A stretch of 64,000 nt of DNA from Eledone cirrhosa (taxonomy: Eukaryota): positions 6,138,001 to 6,202,000 of the forward strand of contig OZ024765.1 of NCBI GenBank assembly GCA_964016885.1, read 5' to 3'. A program made the position numbers and the translations under genes. Positions 52,840 through 64,000 of the stretch are shown here, piece after piece. Every line of letters begins with the position of its first letter. The stretch's first letter is position 1. The notes under the pieces were generated by a model, which had not been told where the DNA came from, made no database searches, and was given only the letters and a program-made list of their open reading frames with translations.

Positions 52840-53852
52840 GTCGTGTAGGTGTCATGACAAAAAAACACACAGTCCACACTGTAATATGGCCATGTAGGTA
52901 ACACGGTAAAAAGCTCCCAGTCCGCGCTGTAATGTGGCCATGTAGGTAACACGGTAAAAAGCTCCCAGTCCACGCTGTAATATGGCCGTGTAGGTAACAC
53001 GGTAAAAAGCTCCCAGTCCACCATGTAATATGGCCATGTAGGTAACACGGTAAAAAGCTCCCAGTCCACCATGTAATATGGCCGTGTAGGTAACACGGTA
53101 AAAAGCTCCCAGTCCACACTGTAATATGGCCATGTAGGTAACACGGTAAAAAGCTCCCAGTCCACCATGTAATATGGCCGTGTAGGTAACACGGTAAAAA
53201 GCTCCCAGTCCACCATGTAATATGGCCATGTAGGTAACACGGTAAAAAGCTCCCAGTCCACCATGTAATATGGCCATGTAGGTAACACGGTAAAAAGCTC
53301 CCAGTCCCCACTGTAATGTGGCCGTGTAGGTAACACGGTAAAAACCTCCCAGTCCACACTGTAATATGGCCATGTAGGTAACACGGTAAAAAGCTCCCAG
53401 TCCACCATGTAGGTAACACGGTAAAAAGCTCCCAGTCCACCATGTAATATGGCCATGTAGGTAACACGGTAAAAAGCTCCCAGTCCCCACTGTAATGTGG
53501 CCGTGTAGGTAACACGGTAAAAACCTCCCAGTCCACACTGTAATATGGCCATGTAGGTAACACGGTAAAAAGCTCCCAGTCCACCATGTAATATGGCCAT
53601 GTAGGTAACACGGTAAAAAGCTCCCAGTCCCCACTGTAATGTGGCCGTGTAGGTAACACGGTAAAAACCTCCCAGTCCACACTGTAAATGTGGTTGGTGT
53701 TAGGAAGGGAATCCAGCCGTAGAAAACCTGCCAGATAGTCCTATACAAGCGAGACACGGTCACCCGACCAATCTTGCCTCAAGTGGGACAACTCCTGTCT
53801 AACCCATGTTAGCGTGGAAGATAGACATTAAACAATGATGATGATGATGATG
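52840..53852 (+). repeat. 48-bp minisatellite ending in the RTE/SINE tail
   Basis: gtaggtaacacggtaaaaagctcccagtccac...tgtaatatggcc. Confidence 0.93.
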
Positions 53853-54321
53853 GGTTACAGTGTAACATACCAATGTTACCACTGGGCCTGCATATGGCTA
53901 ACTACTCTAACCACTGTACTATTATAATTTGGTAATTGCTGTACAGTTTTGAAAGAGTGTAGCAGTTCCTGGAATGAACGACAGGAGAAGAGATGCCTAC
54001 AGACATTAGAGGAAGTTGTTGGTTGAAAGAGAAATCATGGTATCTTTTATAACAGATGAAAAGACTTGACTGGCTTTGAGGAAAGATCAAAACAACTGGA
54101 GATTCTCAACTTCAATAGAGGAGACATAACTAAAGATTAAAACTGTCTGGTTCAGGTATTACTACTACTACTGCTGCTATTACTAATACTGCTACTACTA
54201 CCACCACCACCACCATCATCACTAATACTACAACCACAGCTACTGCTGCTACTACTACGACGATGACTATATTGACTATATATCATCATCATCTTGATAT
54301 ATATATATATATATATATTTC

Positions 54322-54352
<31 letters not shown>

Positions 54353-54452
54353 TTCTTGTTTTTAAATTACTCCGGAGTAAATAGACCAACCTGCGCACTT
54401 AGTAGAGTGCTCTACTCTGCATACTGTCGGTAACTAACCAACACATACTCAA

Positions 54453-54527
<75 letters not shown>

Positions 54528-55006
54528 TACATATATATATATATACATATATTGGAAAAAAAACAAAAAAAAACACACACAGTCTACGCTGTAATGTGGC
54601 CGTGTAGGTAACATGGTAAAAAGTTCCCAGTTCCACACTGTAAATGTGGTTGGTGTTAGGAAGGGCATCCAGCTGTAGAAAACCTGCCAGATTGTCCTAT
54701 ACGAGCAAGACACGGTCACCCGACCAGCCTTGCCTCAAGTGGGACAACTCCAGTCTAACCCATGCTAGCGTGTAAGATGGACGTTAAACGATGATGATGA
54801 TGTATACATACATGTCTGTATATATATCAGATAGGGTGTGGTAAAGACCAACTAGACCATAACCCACCAGAGTACTCAAAACTTGGGGTAGTAGAGTGGG
54901 TAATATGAAAAGATTCAGGACCCCGACTGCTGAACTCTGGCGATTTCGACAGCTAGATCCTAATTTTTTCATATATGTGTATATATATGTGTGTGTGTGT
55001 GTGTGC

Positions 55007-55037
<31 letters not shown>

Positions 55038-55667
55038 AATATATAGTAATAATAATAAATTTGAAGACTAAAATCCAAAGAGGGCTCGATAAGTATAAAT
55101 ATATATCAAATATATAAGAACCGTAGAGCAAATATTTATTAAAATAACAGATTAAAGTTTAAGCAAAGAATCGCTACTTTCACCCTTAAACTTTAATCTG
55201 TTATTTTAACAAATATATATATATATATATATATATAAATATATATAAACAAATAATAATAAGGAAAAAAATACAATAGAAAATGGTGGAGGGATTTTTT
55301 CAGTATAATATCAAAACATTTATTTATAAAGTGGGTATTTCCACATTTAATCATGGTACCCGTTTCATTATTATATGTGTTTTCAACGGCAAGTGCAAAG
55401 TGCAGTTAAGTTGCATATTTATACAAATAATAATAAAATGGAGAAGGAAAATTATTAGTTTTTACATACATTTTTAGAGAGGAAAGTTCATTTTTTCTAT
55501 CCAAGGCTATCCTTCGTTTTCTTTTAGTTGTATATATATATATATCATCATCATCATCATCATTTCCTTTTACGTCAGCTTTTCCCTGCATGCAAGGGTG
55601 GGACGGAAACTGATTCTGGCTTGATTTCTACAGCTGGATGCCCTTCCTAACACCAACCTCATTTACA

Positions 55668-55762
<95 letters not shown>

Positions 55763-56771
55763 GCATATATATTTATGCATATTTATGTATGCATATATAT
55801 ATATTCATTTCATTTCATTTTACGTCCGCTTTTCTCTGCTTGCAAGGGTGGGACGGGAACTGATTCTGGTTTGATTTCTACAGCTGGATGCCCTTCCTAA
55901 CACCAACCTCATTTACAGTGAGTGCTGGGTGCTTTTTTGCCGTGGCGCCTCCACGACCACTTTGCAGTGGGATGATAGGGACCCCAGTCCCTATCATCTC
56001 ATTTCTACAGCTGAGTAAACTGGAGCAATGTGAAATAAAGTGTCTTGCTCAAGGAAACAACACATCACCCGGTCTGAGAATTGAACTCACAACCTTTCGA
56101 TTGCAAGCCCAATGCTCTAACCACTAAGCCATGTGCCTCCAATATATGTATGTATATATATACATGTATGTATATATACATATATATATGTATATATATA
56201 TATACACATACATGAAAAAAAAGCATCCAGTACTCACTGTAAATGGAGTTGGCATTAAGGAAGGGCATCCTGCAGTAGAAAACAAGCGAAAATGAGTTCT
56301 GTATGACTAAGATGTGTCATCTCATCTAACCATGACTTGCCTCAAATAGGACAATACGTCGAACCCATGCTAGCATGGAAAATGGACGTTAAACAGTGAT
56401 GATGAAGGCAAAGTTAACCTCGGCGGGATTTGAACTCAGAACGTTAAGGGCCATAACTCTATGCTGCAAAGCATGGTGTCTGACACTATACCGATTCTGC
56501 CAATCCAAATAATTATTTCTACTTTTGGCACAAGGCCAGCAATCATCGCAGTGCATTACTGGTACCTAATTTCATTGAACCCGTAAGGATGAAAGGCAAA
56601 GTTAACCATGGCGGGATTTGAACTCAGATCATAAAGGGCCGTAACTCTATGCTGCAAAGCATGGGGTCCGACTACCAATCCACTGCCTTGCCAATCCAAA
56701 TAACAAAAACATGTTGCTAAAAAAAAAAAATTTTTTTTTAAAAAAAAATGGAGGGGGGGGATTCTACTTAC

Positions 56772-56903
56772 TGATTTTGAAATTTTTAAATTCTGCTTTC
56801 GATGGAGCATCTGTGATATCTTCAAAGTTGATAATAAACATAATAATGTCACCATGTTCATTCTTGACTGGGGCCACCAGAATACTGGCCAGGAATTTGC
56901 TGC
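56772..56903 (-). CDS. KCNH2: erg exon: PAC end of PAS domain (GSKFLASILVAPVKNEHGDIIMFIINFEDIT...)
   Basis: ttctag acceptor, gtaagt donor, 132 nt, phase 1-1; matches hERG VPVKNEDGAVIMFILNFE; not in the ORF track in this frame. Confidence 0.93.
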
Positions 56904-56964
56904 CTAGAAACAGTGGGATAGAGGAAAGAAAACAGAAATAAATTATAGATATTTAACCCTTTAC

Positions 56965-57735
56965 CATTTACATTACTCTATATACACTATTGTATTTTCA
57001 CAGTAAAGGCTTTATCTCACATAATATCTCACATAACATTTACATTACTCTATATACACTATTGTATATTCACAGTAAAGGCTTTACCTCACATAACATT
57101 TACATTACTCTATATACACTATTGTATTTTCACAGTAAAGGCTTTACCTCACATAATATCTCACATAACATTTACATTACTCTATATATATTATTGTATT
57201 TTCACAGAAAAGGCTTTACCTCACATAATATCTCACATAACATTTACATTACTCTATATATACTATTGTATTTTCACAGTAAAGGCTTTACCTCACATAA
57301 TATCTCACATAACATTTACATTACTCTATATATATTATTGTATTTTCACAGTAAAGGCTTTACCTCACATAATATCTCACATAACATTTACATTACTCTA
57401 TATATATTATTGTATTTTCACAGTAAAGGCTTTACCTCACATAATATCTCACATAACATTTACATTACTCTATATATATTATTGTATTTTCACAGTAAAG
57501 GCTTTACCTCACATAATATCTCACATAACATTTACATTACTCTATATATATTATTGTATTTTCACAGTAAAGGCTTTACCTCACATAATATCTCACATAA
57601 CATTTACATTACTCTATATATATTATTGTATTTTCACAGTAAAGGCTTTACCTCACATAATATCTCACATAACATTTACATTACTCTATATATACTATTG
57701 TATTGTCATGGTGAAGGCTTTACCTCACATAACAT
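56965..57735. repeat. 72-bp array inside a TTAA MITE
   Basis: same unit as 23845-24695. Confidence 0.95.
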
Positions 57736-58607
57736 TTTCATATTATTTATTTTGATACCAATACCTTAAAATCAGTATGAGTGGCCAGTTATGACAGGTT
57801 TGAACAGAAAGAGGTGAGAGAATTATCCCTCCAAAACTAGAGGCTGACTTGTCCGCTGAATATAAAATGTGGAAGTGTGCGAGCTACTTCACCTGAGCTA
57901 CACTTCAGAATTTTAGGGGTCAATCTATGCACCGGATTGATTTGTACGCTGGCATATACGGTATATATCATCATCATCATTTTACGTTCGCTTTTCCCTG
58001 CTTGCAAGGGTGGGACGGGAACTGATTCTGGCTTGATTTCTACAGCTGGATGCCCTTCCTAACACCAAACTCATTTACAGTGAGTGCTGGGTGCTTTTTT
58101 GCCGTGGCGCCTACACGTCCACTTTGCAGTGAGTGCTGGGTGCTTTTTTGCCGTGACACCTCCACGACCACTTTGCAGTGGAATGATAGGGACCCCAGTC
58201 CCTATCATCTCATTTCTACAGCTGAGTAAACTGGAGCAATGTGAAATAAAGTGTCTTGCTCAAGGAAACAACACGTCACCCAGTCTGAGAATTGAACTCA
58301 CAACCTTTCGATTGCAAGCCCAATGCTCTAACCACTAAGCCATGTGCCTCCATATATACATATATATATATTTCTAGACCAGAAATAGCCGTCGAAACGG
58401 CTTGAGCTCTGCCGTCAGGGTTAAACTTTTTCCTGTTACCGACTCTACTACCTTAAATATTGAGTACTCTTGTGCGTTATGGTCCATCTGGTTCCTTACC
58501 ACACCTCCTTCGTTATATATATATATATATATATATATAATGAGTTAACAAAAAGAAAATTCCCTGAATCACCTATGTATATATATGTGTGTGTGTATAC
58601 ATACATA

Positions 58608-58646
<39 letters not shown>

Positions 58647-59662
58647 TTAATATTTTGAATTGATATTAATAACTCTGGAAAACCATAACTGTTGAGTGCT
58701 TCCAATCTATTGTAAAACTCATTTTTTGATTTATTCATTGAACCTTGTTTAACTTTTAAATAAATATATATATATATATATTTTTTTTAAAGTTGAAACA
58801 GTAAACAGAAAACAAAAAAAATGTGGAAGTGAAGAGGCAGTACAAATATTATTAGTTCCACGCTTGAGAGTGGGGGGGGGGGCATGTTTCGGGCATAAGC
58901 CCTTCATCAGGAGAAAAGTGGGCAGGAAAAGAGTTCCGAGGGAGAAAGAGAAAGAGAGAGATACAAGAATGTGTCCGTGAGTGTATTATAATATATATAT
59001 ATATATATATAATATATTTAGAAACACACAGATACATGCGGACACACACATATACATGAATGCATCCACACCCAACCGTGAGTTAAGGGTGCCAACATAA
59101 CTCCTTCTGGTTGAGTAATCTTTGAAGTGTGGTGGCTGCTGGAAGGCTGCCATTGCTCATACTTCTCGCCCCCTTCACGACCTCTTCTACGGCTTCGATA
59201 TAAATACCCCCTCCGCCTCTGTGGTATTTTCTTCGGGGTTATAAGAGGTTTAGCTCTGTTTCTCGACCGTTATATCGCGTGACTATCTCCCCCTCCGCCT
59301 TTTGGGATTCTTTCTCACGTCGTGTAGACGCGTTCTTGAGACTAGTAAAATGAGGTATCCTCTTGATAAGTCGGCAGACCTCGCAGGGACTCTATATCTT
59401 TATGATGTATTGTTTTTGTTTATGCCACGAAACTACGTAGTCGAGGAATCTAGGAGCAGTTTAGGTATGATACATTTTATTACTAATTATATCTAAATGT
59501 TTCTTCTCTCTTCATAATGTATATATATATATATATATATATATATCATCACCATCATTTCACGTCTGCTTTTCCCTGTTTGGGACGGGTCCTATTCAGT
59601 ATATATATATGTGTATGTGTCTGTATATTCATATATATATATATTTATATATATATATATAT

Positions 59663-59741
<79 letters not shown>

Positions 59742-60257
59742 GTACACATACACCCAAATTCAGTAGACTAAAGATAGATTGAATAAATAGTAAACAACAG
59801 GCTGCCACACATGACCCACAAATAAACTTTAATGATAACCACGCCTTAACATCCTGTAATGATTCGGTAGAAAATATAGAAAAACACGTTTGTTAATTCT
59901 AATGTTTATAGTATCTTTACAAGTGGTCAGATTGTTGTGAAAATTTATAGTTTTATATCTTAACATCCTGTAATGATTGAGCAGAAAATATCTAAAAACA
60001 TGTTTGTTAATTCAAATGTTTACAGTATATTTACTGGTGGACAGATTGTTATGAAAATTTACAGTATTAGAGTAAAAACTTTCATGTTTAATGTAATGTA
60101 GTCATAGTGTTGTTTTGTACTAAATATTTATAGTATCTTTACTGGTGGAGAAATTGTTATGAAAATTTACAGTATTAGAGTAAAGACTTTAATATTTAAT
60201 GAGCGTCTGTGGTACTTTTGCCTGACACAAACCCGAACTGCATTTCATCTAGGTCAA

Positions 60258-62817
60258 TTGGAAGCTGAAAGTCCCCTCAACCAGTAACAGATTTAAAGAT
60301 ATTTTACTCAACGCCTACGACAGTAAAGAAGAACAGATAGAGACATTTAACGTAGAAGAGAACTGGGAGTTCCTAAAAAATAACTTACTAGAGGCGACGG
60401 ATGAGGTTTGTGGCTGGAGTAAGACCTCAAGCAGGAGGAGAGTGACTTGGTGGTGGAACAATAAGGTAGATGAAGCAGTCAAGGCCAAGAGACAGGCATG
60501 GAAAGAATGGAAGAACGGGGGGAGCAGGGTACATTACATAGAGACCAAGAGGGAAGCTAGGCGACAAGTATACTTAGCTAGGAGGGAAGCAGAGGATAGA
60601 AAATTCAAGCATGTTTTACAACGTGAGGACCAGAAACAGGAGGTATTCAAGATTGCGAGGCAGTGTGTCAGAGATAGTTGTGATGTCATTGGAGAGAAGT
60701 GTATCCGGAATGATAAAGGTGAGCTTGCCCTCACAAGTGCTGAGAAGAAAGATGCATGGAAGAGTCATTATGATAGATTACTAAATGAGGAGAATGCATG
60801 GGAAGAAGAGACCCTACCCCACGTAGACCCTATAGAGGGACCAGCAGTACAAGTCAGCGGCAGCGTAGTAAGTAAGGCAATCAGAGATATGAAGATAGGG
60901 AAGGCAACCGGTCCATCGGGTATAGCTGCCGAGATGCTGAAGGCATCTGGGTCTGTAGGTCACACTATAACCACACGTATCGTTAACCAGGTAATACTAG
61001 AGGGGGCCATACCAAAAGATTGGTGCAGTAGCATCATTGTCAACTGCTACAAAGGTAAAGGCGATGCACTAGATAGAGGAAACTATAGAGGTATAAAGTT
61101 GATGGACCAGGTCATGAAAGTAACAGAAAGAGTTATAGCACAGCTGATTAGGGACCGGGTGAATATAGACGAGATGCAATTTGGGTTTGTACCAGGGAAA
61201 GGCACCACTGATGCGCTCTTCCTTGTGAGGCAATTACAGGAAAAGTACCTAGCTAAAAGTAAGCCACTCTACTTGGCATTTGTCGACCTTGAGAAAGCCT
61301 TTGACAGAGTTCCACGTGCAGTAATCTGGTGGGCTCTTAGAAAACTAGGAGTAGATGAATGGCTTGTGAAAGCGGTACAAGCCATGTATAGGGGAGCAGT
61401 CAGCAAAGTTAGGATTGGCAATGAGTATAGCGAGGAATTTAGCGTACAGGTTGGGGTCCACCAGGGCTCTGTTCTTAGCCCTCTCCTGTTCATCATAGTC
61501 CTGCAGGCAATAACGGAGGAGTTTAAGACCGGATGCCCATGGGAACTCCTGTATGCTGATGACCTCGCACTCATAGCTGAATCTATGGTAGAACTAGAGA
61601 ATAAATTCCAAACCTGGAAGCAGGGACTAGAGAGAAAGGGCCTCAAAGTCAACATGACAAAGACTAAGGTCCTTATAAGTAGACGAGAAAACAGAACCCA
61701 GATCCCCTCAGGGAAATGGCCTTGCTCAGTATGTAGGAAAGGTGTAGGTAGGAACTCCATTCTTTGCCCCAAATGCAAACAATGGGTACACAAGAGATGT
61801 AGCGGGATCTCAGGAAGCTTAATTAAGAATGTAGGATTCACATGCAGCAGCTGTGCTGAAACAGCAAGCAAACAGCCACAGGAAACAAGTACCACCAATC
61901 TCTGGGAGGGCCCTGTAGAAACAGTAGACAGCTTCTGCTACCTAGGTGACCGAATTAGCAACGGAGGTGGGTGCTCAGAAAGTACAATAACTAGGGTAAG
62001 AACGGGATGGAAGAAGTTTAGGGAACTACTACCACTGCTAGCTGCAAAAGGCTTCTCCCTCAGAATGAAAGGCAGACTGTATGATGCGTGTATCCGAACA
62101 GCGATGTTGCATGGTAGTGAGACCTGGGCGCTGAAGGTGGAAGACTTACGTAGATTAGAGAGAAACGAAGCCTGCATGCTCCGATGGATGTGTAACAGTA
62201 ATATACGTGAACGACAAAGCATAAATGAATTGAGAGAGAGACTGAGCATAAGAGGAATCAAATGCTGCGTGCAGGAGAGGCGGTTACGCTGGTATGGACA
62301 TGTGATGCGTATGAAGGATGACAGCTGCATAAAAAGGTGCAGAGCACTAGAAGTTGATGGAAACCGCGGAGTGGGGAGACCCAAGATGACTTGGGATGAG
62401 GTGATAAAAGCCGACCTTACCCAACTACACCTCTCAAAGTCAATGACACACGACCGTGACTTCTGGCGTCACGCAGTAATACAGGGTACCCGACCTCCCA
62501 TGGGTACATGCTGAAGCATATAAACAATATGCCCCCCCCCCCCCACCGCAAGGTGGTCGTGGAGGTGCCACGGCAAAAAAGCACCCAGCCCACACTGTAA
62601 AGTGGACGTGTGGGCGCCACGAAAAAGCACCCAGCACTCACTGTAAATGAGGTTGGTGTTAGGAAGGGCATCCAGCTGTAGAAATCAAGCCAGATCAGTT
62701 CCTGTATGAGCAAGGCATGGTCAGCCGACCAGACACTGCCCACAACAGGACAACCCGTCTAACCCATGCTAGCGTGGAAGAACGGACGTAAAACGGTGAT
62801 GATGATGATGATGATGA
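60258..62817 (+). mobile_element. 5'-truncated RTE-clade LINE with 3'UTR and (GAT)n tail, antisense in an erg intron
   Basis: Open frame from about WKLK (60259) to TGA 62514; RT motifs NYRGIKL, QFGF, FVDLEKAFDRV, GVHQGSVLSP, YADD; RLRWYGHV C-terminus; no endonuclease domain; inserted into a ~122-bp satellite. Confidence 0.95.
60442..62514 (+). CDS. RTE reverse transcriptase ORF (partial, 690 aa as called) with internal PHD-like zinc finger
   Basis: ORF track; YADD catalytic motif; CSVC...CPKCKQWVHKRC...CSSC. Confidence 0.9.
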   Translation: MTWWWNNKVDEAVKAKRQAWKEWKNGGSRVHYIETKREARRQVYLARREAEDRKFKHVLQREDQKQEVFKIARQCVRDSCDVIGEKCIRNDKGELALTSAEKKDAWKSHYDRLLNEENAWEEETLPHVDPIEGPAVQVSGSVVSKAIRDMKIGKATGPSGIAAEMLKASGSVGHTITTRIVNQVILEGAIPKDWCSSIIVNCYKGKGDALDRGNYRGIKLMDQVMKVTERVIAQLIRDRVNIDEMQFGFVPGKGTTDALFLVRQLQEKYLAKSKPLYLAFVDLEKAFDRVPRAVIWWALRKLGVDEWLVKAVQAMYRGAVSKVRIGNEYSEEFSVQVGVHQGSVLSPLLFIIVLQAITEEFKTGCPWELLYADDLALIAESMVELENKFQTWKQGLERKGLKVNMTKTKVLISRRENRTQIPSGKWPCSVCRKGVGRNSILCPKCKQWVHKRCSGISGSLIKNVGFTCSSCAETASKQPQETSTTNLWEGPVETVDSFCYLGDRISNGGGCSESTITRVRTGWKKFRELLPLLAAKGFSLRMKGRLYDACIRTAMLHGSETWALKVEDLRRLERNEACMLRWMCNSNIRERQSINELRERLSIRGIKCCVQERRLRWYGHVMRMKDDSCIKRCRALEVDGNRGVGRPKMTWDEVIKADLTQLHLSKSMTHDRDFWRHAVIQGTRPPMGTC

Positions 62818-63589
62818 ATATAGTCATAGTGTTGTTTTGTAATAAATATTTATAGTATCTTTACTGGTGGACAGATTGTTGTGAAAATTTACAGTATTAC
62901 AGTAAAGACTTTAATATTTAATGTGATGTAGTCATAGTGTTGTTTTGTAATAAATATTTATAGTATCTTTACTGGTGGACAGATTGTTGTGAAAATTTAC
63001 AGTATTACAGTAAAGACTTTAATATTTAATGTGATGTAGTCCTAGTGTTGTTTTGTACTAAATGTTTATAGTATTTTTACTGGTGGACAGATTGTTGTGA
63101 CAATTTACAGTATTACAGTAAAGACTTTAATATTTAATGTGATGTAGTCATAGTGTTGTTTTGTACTAAATGTTTATAGTATCTTTACTGGTGGACAGAT
63201 TGTTGTGAATATTTACAGTATTAGGGTTAAGACTTTAATATTTAATGTGATGTAGTCATAGTGTTGTTTTATACTAAATGTTTCTAGTATCTTTACTACT
63301 TTGCAGTATTATATCTTAACACCCTGTTATGATTTAGAGGAAAATATCTAAAAACATGTTTGTTAATTCAAATGTTTATTATAGTCTTCACTAGTAGACA
63401 GGTTGTTGAGAAAATTTACAGTATTAGAGTAAAGATTTTAATGTTTAATGTGATGTAGTCATAGTGTTGTTTTGTACTCTTCACAAATGCATTTCTAATG
63501 TGGCTTCATCTGGTACAGGATGTTATGAGTTGAATATAATAACCACTCCAACATATTTTACTGGTTTCAGTCATTAAATTGTAGCTACG

Positions 63590-64000
63590 ACTTTCATTAG
63601 AAATATGGTAATGAAAGGTTTAAAGACATAGATAGTGTCTTTCATTAGAAATATGGTAATGAAAGGGTTAAAGACATAGGCAGTGTCTTTTATTAGAAAT
63701 ATGGTAATGAAAGGGTTGAAGACATAGGCAGTGTCTTTCATTAGAAATATGGTAATGAAAGGGTTAAAGACATAGGTAGTGTCTTTCATTAGAAATATGG
63801 TAATGAAAGGGTTGAAGACATAGGCAGTGTCTTTCATTAGAAATATGGTAATGAAAGGGTTAAAGACATAGGTAGTGTCTTTCATTAGAAATATGGTAAT
63901 CAAAAAGTTAAAGACATAGGCAGTGTCTTTCTTTAGAAATATGATAACAAAAGGGTTAATGACATAGGTAGTATCTTCCATTAGAAATATGGTAACGAAA
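63590..64000. repeat. 51-bp satellite, runs off the window edge
   Basis: reverse complement of the 43415-44810 unit. Confidence 0.93.

Larger units (their letters stand above)
59845..63480. repeat. ~122-bp satellite split by the RTE insertion
   Basis: gtagtcatagtgttgttttgtactaaat...actggtggacagattgttgtgaaaatttacagtatt on both sides of the LINE. Confidence 0.85.

Noticed and set aside
53871-54160. Unique block ending in TTG/gtatgt, a possible alternative first exon
   Set aside because: No ATG in the phase required by the next exon and stops in all frames; a noncoding exon cannot be excluded but is unsupported.

Overview
AT-rich, microsatellite-dense animal genomic DNA; the SINE/RTE/MITE repertoire looks like a coleoid cephalopod, probably octopus (inference). 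The window holds most of one minus-strand multi-exon gene, an ether-a-go-go-related (erg / KCNH2-6-7-type) voltage-gated K+ channel. I traced 16 phase-compatible GT-AG exons from the PAC part of the PAS domain (56903) through S1-S6, the GFG pore, C-linker/CNBHD and coiled coil to a polyQ/PY exon (11304). Three candidate terminal exons follow; the first PAS exons lie beyond the right edge. Introns contain a 5'-truncated but open RTE LINE with a PHD-like finger, RTE/CR1 fragments, two tRNA-SINE types, TTAA MITEs, a hAT MITE, a Helitron and many TE-derived minisatellites. The most striking signal is a set of hammerhead-ribozyme motifs (Penelope-like pLTR type) from several sequence families. They sit in (TA)n tracts, mostly as near-perfect palindromes carrying a ribozyme on each strand, and cluster densely in the intron that splits the voltage sensor. 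Most ORFs in the supplied track are microsatellite artefacts. All coordinates were read by eye.
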